NCBI GenBank assembly: GCA_965648905.1
Contig: CBFGIT010000031.1
Span: 1 to 29,277 of the forward strand
Direction of reading: 5' to 3'
Length of the DNA: 29,277 nucleotides
From: a candidate division WOR-3 bacterium
Lineage (GTDB): Bacteria; Hydrothermota; Tepidihabitantia; Tepidihabitantales; Tepidihabitantaceae
Made by a program: the position numbers and the translations under genes
Part shown: piece after piece, positions 1-9,054 of the stretch
Position numbering within the stretch: position 1 is the stretch's first letter
Layout of the letters: each line of letters begins with the position of its first letter
The notes under the pieces: model-generated
Told to the model about the DNA's origin: nothing
What the model saw: only the letters and a program-made list of their open reading frames with translations
The model's database searches: none

Positions 1-234
1 GGTGAACCCGCGGTGGCCGTAGTTGATAATGAGCGAGCCGAGCGCGCCGAAGATGCCCGCAACGCCGATGCCGACCGGACAGCCGGGATTGCCGCAACAA
101 GGGCAGGTGCCGCCTCCCATCGCCGCGTAGGCGGCGGAGATTCCGGCCCAGAGTCCGAGGAAACGGAGTAGGTTCGCAAGCACACGCGCGGCCCGACTTC
201 CGGGGACGACGGACGGTGCCGCTGCCGGCGTCAC
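1..234 (-). CDS. Small Cys-rich membrane protein with CPCCGNPGCPVG motif (runs off the left edge)
   Basis: Not in the ORF track. Manual translation from GTG at 234 (GTGA overlap with the upstream stop) gives MTPAAAPSVVPGSRAARVLANLLRFLGLWAGISAAYAAMGGGTCPCCGNPGCPVGIGVAGIFGALGSLIINYGHRGFT..., two hydrophobic segments around a Cys cluster, no stop before base 1. Confidence 0.75.
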   Translation of the reverse strand, partial: MTPAAAPSVVPGSRAARVLANLLRFLGLWAGISAAYAAMGGGTCPCCGNPGCPVGIGVAGIFGALGSLIINYGHRGFT

Positions 235-476
235 TTTGGGCTGCAGTGTGGGCATGTGCAGCCGTCTGGTTCCTTCGTGCCGGTTTCCTCCTTGAGAATG
301 ACAATGATGTCCGGGATGCAGCAGGTACCCTTCGGGTTCAGCTCCTTGCAGCGGTCGCCGACTCCAGCGCCGGTTGTTTCCTGAATCTGCTTGAGCGTCG
401 TCGCCCCGGCGCGGATGGCGGAGACAATCCGACCGCGCGTTACCTTGCCGCAATAGCAGACGAGCGGGTCGGTCAC
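231..476 (-). CDS. BFD-like (2Fe-2S)-binding protein
   Basis: VCYCGKVT...AIRAGATTLKQIQETTGAG...C...NPKGTCC motif typical of BFD-like/CopZ-associated 2Fe-2S domains; GTGA overlap with the upstream gene. Confidence 0.8.
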   Translation of the reverse strand: MTDPLVCYCGKVTRGRIVSAIRAGATTLKQIQETTGAGVGDRCKELNPKGTCCIPDIIVILKEETGTKEPDGCTCPHCSPK

Positions 477-871
477 GGCTTCTGCGCCAGCGCGTCCACG
501 ACCGCGGCGACGACCTTGGCGATGTCGTCGTTGGTGTGGTCGAACTGGCCGTGCTTCCTGATGCCGAGTTCGGTGACTACGACGTGGACCGCCGGCTTCA
601 CGCCGACGTTCTCCAGTGACCTGCGTACGCAGGCAACCGGGCAGCCGTCAATCGCGACGCAGGGCTTCTCGTTCACGCTCTTGACGAAGCTCTCCAGTTG
701 CGCGCCGACCCCGATGGCGCAGTACATCGAGCCCTGGCCGTAGCCGTCTAGGGCCTTGGCCGCATCGTTGGCAATCTGGCCGACGTTGGAGCCGCCGGAG
801 CAGGCAAGCAGGAGCACGTCTCTCGTGCCGCAGGCGCAGCTTGGTTCGTTCGAGGTGCAACACCCAGCCAT
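473..871 (-). CDS. DGC-domain putative zinc-binding protein
   Basis: ACSGGSNVGQIAN, MYC and AIDGCPVAC motifs of the DGC family; Cys-rich N-terminus. Confidence 0.9.
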   Translation of the reverse strand: MAGCCTSNEPSCACGTRDVLLLACSGGSNVGQIANDAAKALDGYGQGSMYCAIGVGAQLESFVKSVNEKPCVAIDGCPVACVRRSLENVGVKPAVHVVVTELGIRKHGQFDHTNDDIAKVVAAVVDALAQKP

Positions 872-873
872 GG

Positions 874-1113
874 CTACTTGCCTCCGCCGAGGAGCTTCTT
901 AAGCTCGTCGTTGGACGGTATCTTGCCCTGCGAGATGACCTTGCCGTCAACCACCAGACCGGGCGTCATGAAGATACCCAGCGCGGCGAACTTCTTCAGT
1001 TCGGTGACGTGTTCGACCCCGGCGGCGATGTTGAGCTCCGCCAGAGCGTCGATGACGTGCTTCTCAAGTTCGATGCAGCGGGGACAGCCGATACCGACAA
1101 TCTTGATGTCCAT
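874..1113 (-). CDS. Small redox-active disulfide protein (MTH895/ArsE-like thioredoxin), copy 1
   Basis: MDIKIVGIGCPRC...FMTPGLVVDGKV; AGGAGG RBS before ATG at 1113 (track start 1260 is overextended). Confidence 0.92.
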   Translation of the reverse strand: MDIKIVGIGCPRCIELEKHVIDALAELNIAAGVEHVTELKKFAALGIFMTPGLVVDGKVISQGKIPSNDELKKLLGGGK

Positions 1114-1121
1114 CGTTCCTC

Positions 1122-1424
1122 CTATTGTATCTTGCCTTCCTTCTTGAGTTCCAGTTTGACCTTTGCCCAGACCCCATGCTGCTTGTAAGCCTGTCGCAGC
1201 TCTTCGAGCGAGGGAAAGGAGATGCACTTCCCCTGGCAGAGGTTGGCGCAGGTCGAGCAACCTACTATGCAGTTCAGAGGACGTGCGACCTTCGGTCCAT
1301 CTTCAGTCCAGTCGTACACCTGCTTTCCGCAGTTCATGCACATGCCGCACTTGACGCAGTGGTCATGGTCAATGGTCGGGTGCCAGACGATTTCACCTCG
1401 CGGGATGCCGACAAGCCAGGGCAT
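1122..1424 (-). CDS. 4Fe-4S dicluster ferredoxin family protein
   Basis: CVKCGMCMNC and CIVGCSTCANLC motifs; AGGAGG at 1436-1431 supports ATG at 1424. Confidence 0.88.
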   Translation of the reverse strand: MPWLVGIPRGEIVWHPTIDHDHCVKCGMCMNCGKQVYDWTEDGPKVARPLNCIVGCSTCANLCQGKCISFPSLEELRQAYKQHGVWAKVKLELKKEGKIQ

Positions 1425-1451
1425 TATCAACCTCCTTTGCAGTTCGTGTTT

Positions 1452-1590
1452 CAGTCTTTCTTCGGATTGCCGTCCAGCGGCACCAGCAGCACCGTCTGGC
1501 GGCGCTGTGAATCTCCGCGGTGGCGACCGCCGCGGGCAGGTACTCCGAAGCCGGGGAGAGGTCGGTTGCTACGAGGATTCTGCGAAACAT
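1452..1590 (-). pseudogene. Universal stress protein remnant (internally deleted/frameshifted)
   Basis: RBS plus MFRRILVATDLSPASE closely matches the N-terminus of the intact USP (MFERILVATDLSDTSE). Similarity is then lost, and a shifted frame ends RRQTVLLVPLDGNPKKD*, like a USP C-terminal strand. Confidence 0.65.
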
Positions 1591-1611
1591 GGATTTCTCC
1601 TTTGCATGATT

Positions 1612-4600
1612 TCAGTCCATAGCGGGGGCGTCGGGTTGGGCGGGAACCGACGCGGCCGGTTGTGGCGCGCCCCGGTTCTTCCTTCCGAGTACCAGCGAGT
1701 AGGCGGCAGGCATGAAGAACAGGGTTACGGCCAGCGAGTAGATGAGTCCGCCGATGACCGCGATGGCCATCGGCTTGAGCATGTCGCCGCCCTCGCCGAG
1801 GTTGAGGGCGAGCGGCACGAGTCCGAGTATTGTCGTCAACTGGGTCATCAGGATTGCCCGCAACCGGACCGGCGCGGCCCGCAGGACCGCTTCGTTCGCC
1901 GGCACTCCGGCCCGGCGATGGGACTCGGCCAGGCTGAGCAGCACCACGCCCTGCGACATGATCGCGCCCATCATCACCACCATGCCGATTTGAACCGTTG
2001 ACCCGAGCGCGCTGCCGCTCAGGGCGAGCGCGGCGAATGTGCCGGTCAGCGACAGGGGAATGCCGACGAGTATCAGCAGCGGCAGCAGCAGGGACTCAAA
2101 CTGGATGGCGAGGACGACAAAGGCAAGCAGCGCGGCAAAGGCGATTATCAGGCTCATCGTGCGCTGGTTCTCGGCCATCATCTGGGCCTGTCCGCCCATC
2201 ACGTACTCGACGCCGGGCGTCCGTTCCATCGCGGCGACCGCTGCCGCTGCACGCCCGGTGGCTTCGCCGACGCTCTTTCCCAGCCGGTCGGCACCGACGA
2301 CCACTTCCTTGACCTGGTCGGTGCGGACAATCTCCACCGGGCCGACCGAAGGCACAACCTGCGCGACGTCGCGCACGTACACCGGCCGGCCGTTCCGTTG
2401 CTTGACGACAAGCCCTTCCAGGTCGGTGCGGCTGGTCAGCCTCGATTCCGGCACGATGACCCGGATGTTGTAATAGTCGGTGCCGACGCGATACCGGCTC
2501 GCGACCGTTCCGCCGACCTGGGCGCGGAGAGCGGCGGCGAACTCGTTCACCGTGACGCCCAGAGCCGCGGCCCGGGTCCGGTCGAGCCGGCAGCGGTATT
2601 CAGGCTTGGTCATGTCCACCGCGAGCGTGACGTTGGTCAGGCCGGGAACAGTGTCGAGGGTGGCGGCAACCTGGCGGGCGAACGCATAGATGTCGCTCAT
2701 CTCCGGGCCCCGCACGCGGACCTCGACTTCCTGGGTTCCTACCTGGCGGATGCCCTTGACTTTCATCTGCGCTACCCCGATTCGGCCGCCCGGGGCCGGG
2801 ACCTTGCCGACAATCGGCCGGATGCGGTCCATGAACTGGCGGGTCGTTACCCGGCGGCGGGAGCGCGGGACAAGCTGGATATCGAGCTCGCCTTCGTTGG
2901 CGACCTCGTAGGTCGCAAGACCCCAGACCCGGCCGCCGGCCATGGCAAAAATGCTGGCGATCTCCGGCTCGTCTTTGACCGCTGCCTCAAGCCGGGAGAG
3001 AATGGAGTCGGTCGTGGCGACCGAAGCCCCGCTGGGAAGGCGGACCTTGACCATTACCCGGCCGTCATCCACCGCGGGCAGGAACTCGGAGCCGATCCGT
3101 CCTGCGAAGAAAAGCCCGACCGCGAGCAGCAGCCCGGCGATGATGACCACCGGCCAGCGGGCCCGGGCGAGCAGCCGGCCGAGCAGAGCCGCGTAGCGCT
3201 CAGTGGCTCGGCTGATGCCGTTCTCTACTGCCCGCATGAACGGGAGGGAACGGGCGTGGCGTTCAGACCGGAGCAGTCGGTCGGTGAGGAACGGCGTCCA
3301 GGTCAGGGCCACGGCAAGCGAGATGAGCACGATGCCGGCGATCACCAGTACGAGTTCCTTGAACAAGATGGCGGCGAGGCCGGGAATGAAAACGAAAGGC
3401 AGGAAGATGGCGACAAAGGTCACGGTGGAGGCGACGATGGCCGAGCCGACTTCGCTGGTGCCGCGCACGGCAAAGTCGGGCGCGGACAGCTTGCGCTGGC
3501 GGGTGATACTCTCGAGCACGACAATCGAGTTGTCGAGAATCACGCCCAGCGCGACGACCAGTCCGCCGAGTGAGAAGAGGTTCAGGGAGAATCCGGCCAG
3601 CCGCATCAGCAGGAAGCTGGCCAGCAGGGTGAGCGGCATCGCGGTTCCCATCACTACCACCGGTCGCCACTGGCCGAGGAAGAGGTAGACGATGAAGATG
3701 ACCAGTATCGCGGCGAGTATCGCGGAACTGCCGACGCTGTTGATTGCGGCCATCACGTACTCGCCCTGGTTCTCGACGTAGTTGAACGAGACGCCCTCGG
3801 GCGCCTCGGCCTCCAGTTCCGCCAGCCGGGCCGCGACTGCTTTGGAGACCGCGACCGTGTTGGCGTCGGCCTGCTTCAGGACGTTGAGCTTCACGCAGGC
3901 CCGGCCGTTGAACCGGGTGATGACCCGCGCTTCCTCGTGTGAGTCCTCGATGGTGGCGATGTCCCTGACCCGGACTTCGCGGCCGTCCGGGCCGCGGAGC
4001 ACCACGACTTCGGCCATTTCGTCAAGGGACCCGAACTCACCCGCGGTGCGGGCGATGATTTCGCGCGCGCCGACCGTGACGCGGCCCGCGAACATCTCGC
4101 GGTTCTCTTCCTGCAGCGCCTTCGCCACCGCGGCGGGCGTGAGTCCGTACGCGGCAAGGCGGCGGGCGTCGAGCAGCACCCGGATTTCGCGCTTGAGCCC
4201 GCCGACCGCTTCGACGCCGGCCGTGCCGTCAACTGCGTTGAGGCGGTCGGTTAGCCAGTTCTGCGACCAGTCGCGCAGCCAGACCAGGTCGTGCCGGTCG
4301 GAACTGACGGTGACTTCCATCACCGGCAACTGTGAAGGGTCGGCCTTGATGATGACCGGCGGGTCCATGTCGGTGGGGAGCTGGCGCGCGACCCGGCCCA
4401 TCGCGGTGGTGACGTCGGCGTAGGCGTCCTCGATGTTGACACCGTACTTGAAGTTGACGAGCAGGGTGTACATGCCCTCGATGCTCGACGATTCCAGGTA
4501 GTCGAGGTTGTCCACGGTGGCCATCACGCGCTCAATCGGTTCGGCAATCGTGGTCTCGATTTCCTCGGCCGTGGCCCCGCGATACCAGATGTGAATCTTG

Positions 4601-4734
4601 ACCATCGGGTAGGTGACTTTGGGCAGGTAGTCCACTTCAAGGGTCTGGAGGCTGAAGAACCCGATGACCGCGACCGCGACCGCGAGGACGCTGACCGCTA
4701 TTGGGCGCCTGATGGAAACGGACGAGAGCTTCAC
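1612..4734 (-). CDS. RND efflux permease (AcrB/AcrD/AcrF family)
   Basis: 1040 aa; N-terminal SIRRPIAV, LGVILDNSIVVLE (TM4) and RLRAILMTQLTTILGLVPLAL (TM11) signatures. Confidence 0.95.
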   Translation of the reverse strand: MKLSSVSIRRPIAVSVLAVAVAVIGFFSLQTLEVDYLPKVTYPMVKIHIWYRGATAEEIETTIAEPIERVMATVDNLDYLESSSIEGMYTLLVNFKYGVNIEDAYADVTTAMGRVARQLPTDMDPPVIIKADPSQLPVMEVTVSSDRHDLVWLRDWSQNWLTDRLNAVDGTAGVEAVGGLKREIRVLLDARRLAAYGLTPAAVAKALQEENREMFAGRVTVGAREIIARTAGEFGSLDEMAEVVVLRGPDGREVRVRDIATIEDSHEEARVITRFNGRACVKLNVLKQADANTVAVSKAVAARLAELEAEAPEGVSFNYVENQGEYVMAAINSVGSSAILAAILVIFIVYLFLGQWRPVVVMGTAMPLTLLASFLLMRLAGFSLNLFSLGGLVVALGVILDNSIVVLESITRQRKLSAPDFAVRGTSEVGSAIVASTVTFVAIFLPFVFIPGLAAILFKELVLVIAGIVLISLAVALTWTPFLTDRLLRSERHARSLPFMRAVENGISRATERYAALLGRLLARARWPVVIIAGLLLAVGLFFAGRIGSEFLPAVDDGRVMVKVRLPSGASVATTDSILSRLEAAVKDEPEIASIFAMAGGRVWGLATYEVANEGELDIQLVPRSRRRVTTRQFMDRIRPIVGKVPAPGGRIGVAQMKVKGIRQVGTQEVEVRVRGPEMSDIYAFARQVAATLDTVPGLTNVTLAVDMTKPEYRCRLDRTRAAALGVTVNEFAAALRAQVGGTVASRYRVGTDYYNIRVIVPESRLTSRTDLEGLVVKQRNGRPVYVRDVAQVVPSVGPVEIVRTDQVKEVVVGADRLGKSVGEATGRAAAAVAAMERTPGVEYVMGGQAQMMAENQRTMSLIIAFAALLAFVVLAIQFESLLLPLLILVGIPLSLTGTFAALALSGSALGSTVQIGMVVMMGAIMSQGVVLLSLAESHRRAGVPANEAVLRAAPVRLRAILMTQLTTILGLVPLALNLGEGGDMLKPMAIAVIGGLIYSLAVTLFFMPAAYSLVLGRKNRGAPQPAASVPAQPDAPAMD

Positions 4735-4737
4735 GCT

Positions 4738-5769
4738 CTAGTCCTTCTTCTCCGGAGCGCCCGCCTTGCCCGATTGGACGCGCACCGCCGCGCCGTCGCG
4801 AAGCCGTTCGTTGCCCGCGGTTATCACCGATTCGCCCGCGGTCACGCCGCCGAGCAGTTGCACCCGGCTGCCCGACTCGATGCCGGTCCTGACCTGGCGC
4901 TGCCGGGCAGTGTCACCGCTCACGACATATACCACCTGCTGGCCGTTGGGCGTGACGGTGACCGCGGCCACCGGCACGATGACCGCAGAGTCGGCCTGCG
5001 CGGTAGCGATGGACACCCGGACCATCATGCCGGCCCTGAGTTCGGGGAAGGGCGGCTGCGGCACGATTTCCACCATCCCGGTGCGGGTCAGTTCGTCGAG
5101 TCGCGGGTGAACTCGCTCCACCCGGCCGGAGAACTCCCGGCCGGGCCAGGCATCGGCGCGCAGCCTGACAACTGAGTTGCGGGTGACGCCGGAGATGCTC
5201 AGCTCGGGCACGGTTACGTCAATGCGGAACGACCCGGCACTTTGTACTTCGAAGAGTTTCTGGCGGGGGACGACCATGTCGCCGATGTCAGCGGAGCGCT
5301 GGGACACGACCCCGGTCATTGGCGCGATGAGCGGGGACTCCCGATACTCGGCGAGGGCGAAGCGGAGATTCTCCTCGGCCTCGGCCAGCAACTGTCCGCC
5401 GGTTGCGCGCAGTGATTCAACCGCCACGCGCGCGGCGTTGACGATGTCCTCGCGCACCAGCGGACTCACGTAGGCGAGCACCGCCCCTTCCTCGACCCGG
5501 TCACCCTCGCGGGCAAGGAGACGGCTGATTCTGCCCTCGGTCGGCGACAGCACGCCGGCGACGGTTGTCGGCCGGACCGTGCCGGGCAGTTCGATTTCCT
5601 GCCTGATTGTCCCCAGTTGGGCGACCGCGGTCTTGACCAGGGGCGGTTTGGGTCCGCCGGTCTCAGCGGCCTTGCGGCGGCAGGCCGTGTGAAGCAGGAC
5701 GGCCGCGACCAGGGCAAAGAGAAAAACATTCTTGACTCGGTGGGACATGCGGCTCAGGTATCGGGTCAT
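4738..5769 (-). CDS. RND periplasmic adaptor (membrane fusion protein)
   Basis: Lipoyl-like EGRISRLLAREGDRVEEG and IAPMTGVV motifs; C-terminal RQVRTG...GVTAGESVITAG; RBS AGGAGG. Confidence 0.93.
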   Translation of the reverse strand: MTRYLSRMSHRVKNVFLFALVAAVLLHTACRRKAAETGGPKPPLVKTAVAQLGTIRQEIELPGTVRPTTVAGVLSPTEGRISRLLAREGDRVEEGAVLAYVSPLVREDIVNAARVAVESLRATGGQLLAEAEENLRFALAEYRESPLIAPMTGVVSQRSADIGDMVVPRQKLFEVQSAGSFRIDVTVPELSISGVTRNSVVRLRADAWPGREFSGRVERVHPRLDELTRTGMVEIVPQPPFPELRAGMMVRVSIATAQADSAVIVPVAAVTVTPNGQQVVYVVSGDTARQRQVRTGIESGSRVQLLGGVTAGESVITAGNERLRDGAAVRVQSGKAGAPEKKD

Positions 5770-5784
5770 TGACAGACCTCCTGT

Positions 5785-7047
5785 CTAGAGCAGTCCGAGC
5801 AACGCCAGCAGCCGGGCGCGGGCGTTGTGATAACCTTCATAGAGCCCGGCCAGCGTCAGCTCGGTCTCAAGCAGGCTCTGCTGTATCTGAATGGCGTCGG
5901 TAGCGGAGCGGCGTCCGGCGGAGTACTCCAGGTCCGCGGTACGCAGGTTGGCGCGGGCCTGCTCGACCGCACGGCGCTGCACGGCGATGCGTTCCGGGTA
6001 CTCCTGAAGCGCGGCCAGCGCGCCGGCCACCTCGGCCTGAAGTCGCAGCTTCGCGTCTTCTTTCCGGAGTTGCGCGGCGCGCAGGGCGGAGTTGGCCGAA
6101 CTGAGACGGTTCCGGGCGGTGCCGCCGTCGAGCAGCGGAACCGCGGCCCGCACCCCGGCGTAGTAGCGGCCGTTCCTCTGCAAAGAGAAGCTGTCCGGCC
6201 CGAACTCCCATCCGTACCAGGCAGCCCCGTCAACGCTCGGCAGCAGCGCGGCCCGGGCCGAGGTGACGCTCGCACGGGCCTGCTCAACGTCGGCCGTGCG
6301 CTGTACCTGCTCAGGGCTTTCGTCAACCAGCCGGCGCGCATCTTCCGGCCCGGGCAGGGCCAGACCGGCGGTATCGGCGACCAACGAGTCCGCAGGCACA
6401 AGGATTGCGGAGTCTGACCGGCCGAGCAGCGCGACCAGACTGCGAGAAACGGCCTCGTACTGGTTGCGGGCGGCAATCAGGCGATTATCGAGGCCGGCCG
6501 CCTCGACCTCGAGCCGGCCCAAGTCGAGCGCCGATGCCCGGCCGGCGGCGTGGAGCAGCCGGGTCCGCTTCAGCCGGGCGGTCATGTTGTCGCGGCTGTG
6601 CTCGAGCACCGCGGTCTCCTGCCTGAGACCCTGGAGCCGGCGGTAGAGACGCTGAGCCTCAAAGCGCACCGCCATCGCCTCGGCCGAGAGCCCGGCCGAA
6701 TCCTGCTTGATGCGCGCCCGGGCCGAGGAGTACCGGGCAGCGGCTCGGCCGCCGTCGTAGAGCGGCTGGCGTACGCCGACCGTTGTTAGGAAATCGTGCG
6801 GCGAGTCGCCGATGAACGGCTTCTTGGCCTGGGGGATGATGTCGAGCCACGTGTATTCGCCGCTGATACTCAAATCGGGAATCCACTCGCCGCGCGCCGC
6901 ACGCAGCTCGGCCTGCGCACCGGCAAGGCGCGCCGACGCTGCCTGCAGGCGCAGGTTCTCGGTGGCGACTGCGGTCAGCACCTGGTCCAGGCTGATGACG
7001 GTCGAGTCGGCAGCGACCAGCGTGACGAGCAGGAGCAGCGCGGTCAT
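5785..7047 (-). CDS. TolC-family outer membrane efflux protein
   Basis: Signal peptide, two OEP repeats (QPLYDGG / VPLLDGG, AGRASALD / AGRRSATD), adjacent to MFP and RND. Confidence 0.92.
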   Translation of the reverse strand: MTALLLLVTLVAADSTVISLDQVLTAVATENLRLQAASARLAGAQAELRAARGEWIPDLSISGEYTWLDIIPQAKKPFIGDSPHDFLTTVGVRQPLYDGGRAAARYSSARARIKQDSAGLSAEAMAVRFEAQRLYRRLQGLRQETAVLEHSRDNMTARLKRTRLLHAAGRASALDLGRLEVEAAGLDNRLIAARNQYEAVSRSLVALLGRSDSAILVPADSLVADTAGLALPGPEDARRLVDESPEQVQRTADVEQARASVTSARAALLPSVDGAAWYGWEFGPDSFSLQRNGRYYAGVRAAVPLLDGGTARNRLSSANSALRAAQLRKEDAKLRLQAEVAGALAALQEYPERIAVQRRAVEQARANLRTADLEYSAGRRSATDAIQIQQSLLETELTLAGLYEGYHNARARLLALLGLL

Positions 7048-7811
7048 TCTTTGTTGGTGCAGTACAGGGCCGCGGAATAGGCGCGATTCACCGCGTCCAT
7101 CAGGCCCTTACCGGCGTCGGCGAGCGTGGCGTCCCGGTAATGCCGGGCCAGGACGAAATGGTCCACAGCCGGGGAGATGCCGCTCAACGCCCTCCGGTAG
7201 CACTGACACCGGCCGGCGTCCTTGGGATACGGGCATGGCCCGAGGAGCGCGCGGTTGCGGAGCTCCAGAACCCGAGAAACCAGCGAGTCGGCGCGGCCCG
7301 ACCCAGCCGAGTCCTTCGCCGCCGCGATGGCGTCCTTGGCGGTGCGGCGCAGGTGGTAGATCCGGTCAGCCGCATAGTCGAGTCCGTTCTCTTCATGCAT
7401 CCGGATGAACTCCGCGCAGCCTTTGCCGCACGCCTTGAATGAACCCGCGTGGTCGCCGGCGCGCAGCAGCGATTCCATCTGTCCCATGGCCTTGCCGATG
7501 CCCTCCAGCCGGTCCGCGAACCCGGCGTCGGACCCGTACTCGGCCGGCGGATTCTTCCCGTAGGTCGCGGCGACCTTCTTCCAGATGGCGCGGGCGCGAC
7601 TGAGGTGCTTCAGCGTGCTGTCGGTCAGCCTGGGCGTACCGATGGAGTCGAGTTGCTGGACCAGGGTGCAGTAGGCGCGGAGTTCCAGTCGCGCCGCGGT
7701 CACGGTGCTATCGAAACTCGAAAGCGGCGGCGGATTGGGCCCGGCCTGAGTCAGTCCGACCAGGCCGGCCAGCGCGACCGCCATCATCCCGAGGCGCGTC
7801 AGTTGTCTCAC
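7044..7811 (-). CDS. Secreted Cys-containing helical hypothetical protein
   Basis: N-terminal signal peptide; amphipathic helices with CGKGC, CPYP and CQC; 4-nt overlaps with both neighbours. Confidence 0.75.
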   Translation of the reverse strand: MRQLTRLGMMAVALAGLVGLTQAGPNPPPLSSFDSTVTAARLELRAYCTLVQQLDSIGTPRLTDSTLKHLSRARAIWKKVAATYGKNPPAEYGSDAGFADRLEGIGKAMGQMESLLRAGDHAGSFKACGKGCAEFIRMHEENGLDYAADRIYHLRRTAKDAIAAAKDSAGSGRADSLVSRVLELRNRALLGPCPYPKDAGRCQCYRRALSGISPAVDHFVLARHYRDATLADAGKGLMDAVNRAYSAALYCTNKE

Positions 7812-8050
7812 GCCTTTCCTCCGGCAAGCAGCTTCTTCAGTTCGTCCTTGGACGGGACCTTGCCCTGAGCAACGACCTTGCCGTCAATCACCAGCCCGGG
7901 CGTCATGAAGACGCCCATCGCGGCGAACTTCTTGAGGTCGGTGACGTGTTCGACTTCGGCCGCGATGTTCATCTCCGCGAGCGTGTCGCGCACGCGCTTC
8001 TCGAGTTCCTGACACCGGGCACAGCCGATTCCGAGTATCTGGACTTTCAT
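7808..8050 (-). CDS. Small redox-active disulfide protein (MTH895/ArsE-like thioredoxin), copy 2, intact
   Basis: MKVQILGIGCARC...FMTPGLVIDGKV; AAAGGAG RBS; clear paralogue of 874-1113. Confidence 0.92.
   Translation of the reverse strand: MKVQILGIGCARCQELEKRVRDTLAEMNIAAEVEHVTDLKKFAAMGVFMTPGLVIDGKVVAQGKVPSKDELKKLLAGGKA
7991..8046. repeat. 56-bp exact direct repeat, copy A (5' end of thioredoxin gene)
   Basis: cacgcgcttctcgagttcctgacaccgggcacagccgattccgagtatctggactt is identical to 9055-9110. Confidence 0.97.
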
Positions 8051-8074
8051 CTTGATCTCCTTTTCAGAATGGTA

Positions 8075-8998
8075 CTAGACATCAAACAGACGGATGAGGT
8101 ATTCAGGTCTACGTATCTCGTCAAGTGCTTTGGCGGCCTTACCCCGCGTGGCCACAAGCGGGAGTTTCCCTTTACCCGGAAGAGGTCGCCTACGAATGCG
8201 GAAGTGGGCTGCTGCAACCGCAGTACCCATGAGTTCGGCAGAGCACCTCTGCACGCCGTGACGTTGCCAATATGCGCTCGGATCCTCGTGGACCGCCGAC
8301 ACGGCGATGCGTGCCGACCCCCGCCAGAGGGCGCGCCATTTCTCAGTCAGCCGCCGCAGTTGGGCTGCGTCGGGTTCCACCGGGTGTTCTGAGTCATGCG
8401 GCAGCAAACGAGGTATGAGTCTGGATCGTTTCAGAACATCTTCGTATGGGCGCACACCGTACATGTCATAGCACGCGCAGAGCAGGGCTAGTCCGCTTGG
8501 GAGACGAACCAGCCGATGGCTGTCCGAGAAGTCGTCCTCGCAGGAGTACCAGACAGGGTTTTGCCGTGGGCCCGGGTTCTGTGGAGGCGGGAACACCTTT
8601 CTACCTAGTCCCTTGACTCCCTTGGCATCCCAAGCTACACAAAACTCGTCTCCCCTCCAATGCTCAGTTCCACGTGCGTCGACGCCAGCGATTATCAGCG
8701 GTTGTACGGGCCGTCCGCGCTTCGCCAGCATCGTGCACGCCCGCATACAGTCGTCGGAGTAGTCCGTGACAACGATCTTTGCCATTCGTGTTTCTGTGTC
8801 GAGGAGACCCAGATGCTCCGGATGACGGAAGTACCCGCCCGGCAGCACGACGCAATCCAGGCTGTCCCATCCGTGTTCCTTGATGTCGAGGGCTATCGCT
8901 AGCAGCAGGCCCGAGCGGTACTGATTCGTGGAAGCGGACTTGGCCTTCGACCCCACTACGCAGACGGTGACAATCCGTCCGTCGTTTCTTGTACTCAC
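8075..8998 (-). CDS. Hypothetical protein with carbon-nitrogen hydrolase (nitrilase)-like motifs
   Basis: DCVVLPGGYF, GRKVFP and LLCACYDMYG line up with the nitrilase P-E / R-K / C-Y-D blocks. GGAGGT RBS favours GTG at 8998 over ATG 9013. Looks less GC-rich than the flanks by eye. Confidence 0.6.
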   Translation of the reverse strand: MSTRNDGRIVTVCVVGSKAKSASTNQYRSGLLLAIALDIKEHGWDSLDCVVLPGGYFRHPEHLGLLDTETRMAKIVVTDYSDDCMRACTMLAKRGRPVQPLIIAGVDARGTEHWRGDEFCVAWDAKGVKGLGRKVFPPPQNPGPRQNPVWYSCEDDFSDSHRLVRLPSGLALLCACYDMYGVRPYEDVLKRSRLIPRLLPHDSEHPVEPDAAQLRRLTEKWRALWRGSARIAVSAVHEDPSAYWQRHGVQRCSAELMGTAVAAAHFRIRRRPLPGKGKLPLVATRGKAAKALDEIRRPEYLIRLFDV

Positions 8999-9054
8999 GC
9001 TGATACCTCCCATGGCCGGGATTTCGCGATCACGCTGCTACGCTACGACTCCAT

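Noticed and set aside
1122..1424. hgcB (mercury methylation ferredoxin)
   Set aside because: No hgcA in the window and no C-terminal CC pair.
2398..3573. Long antisense ORFs (also 17759-18796, 20016-21125, 25090-26193)
   Set aside because: Shadow frames of well-supported genes in GC-rich DNA, with no motifs.
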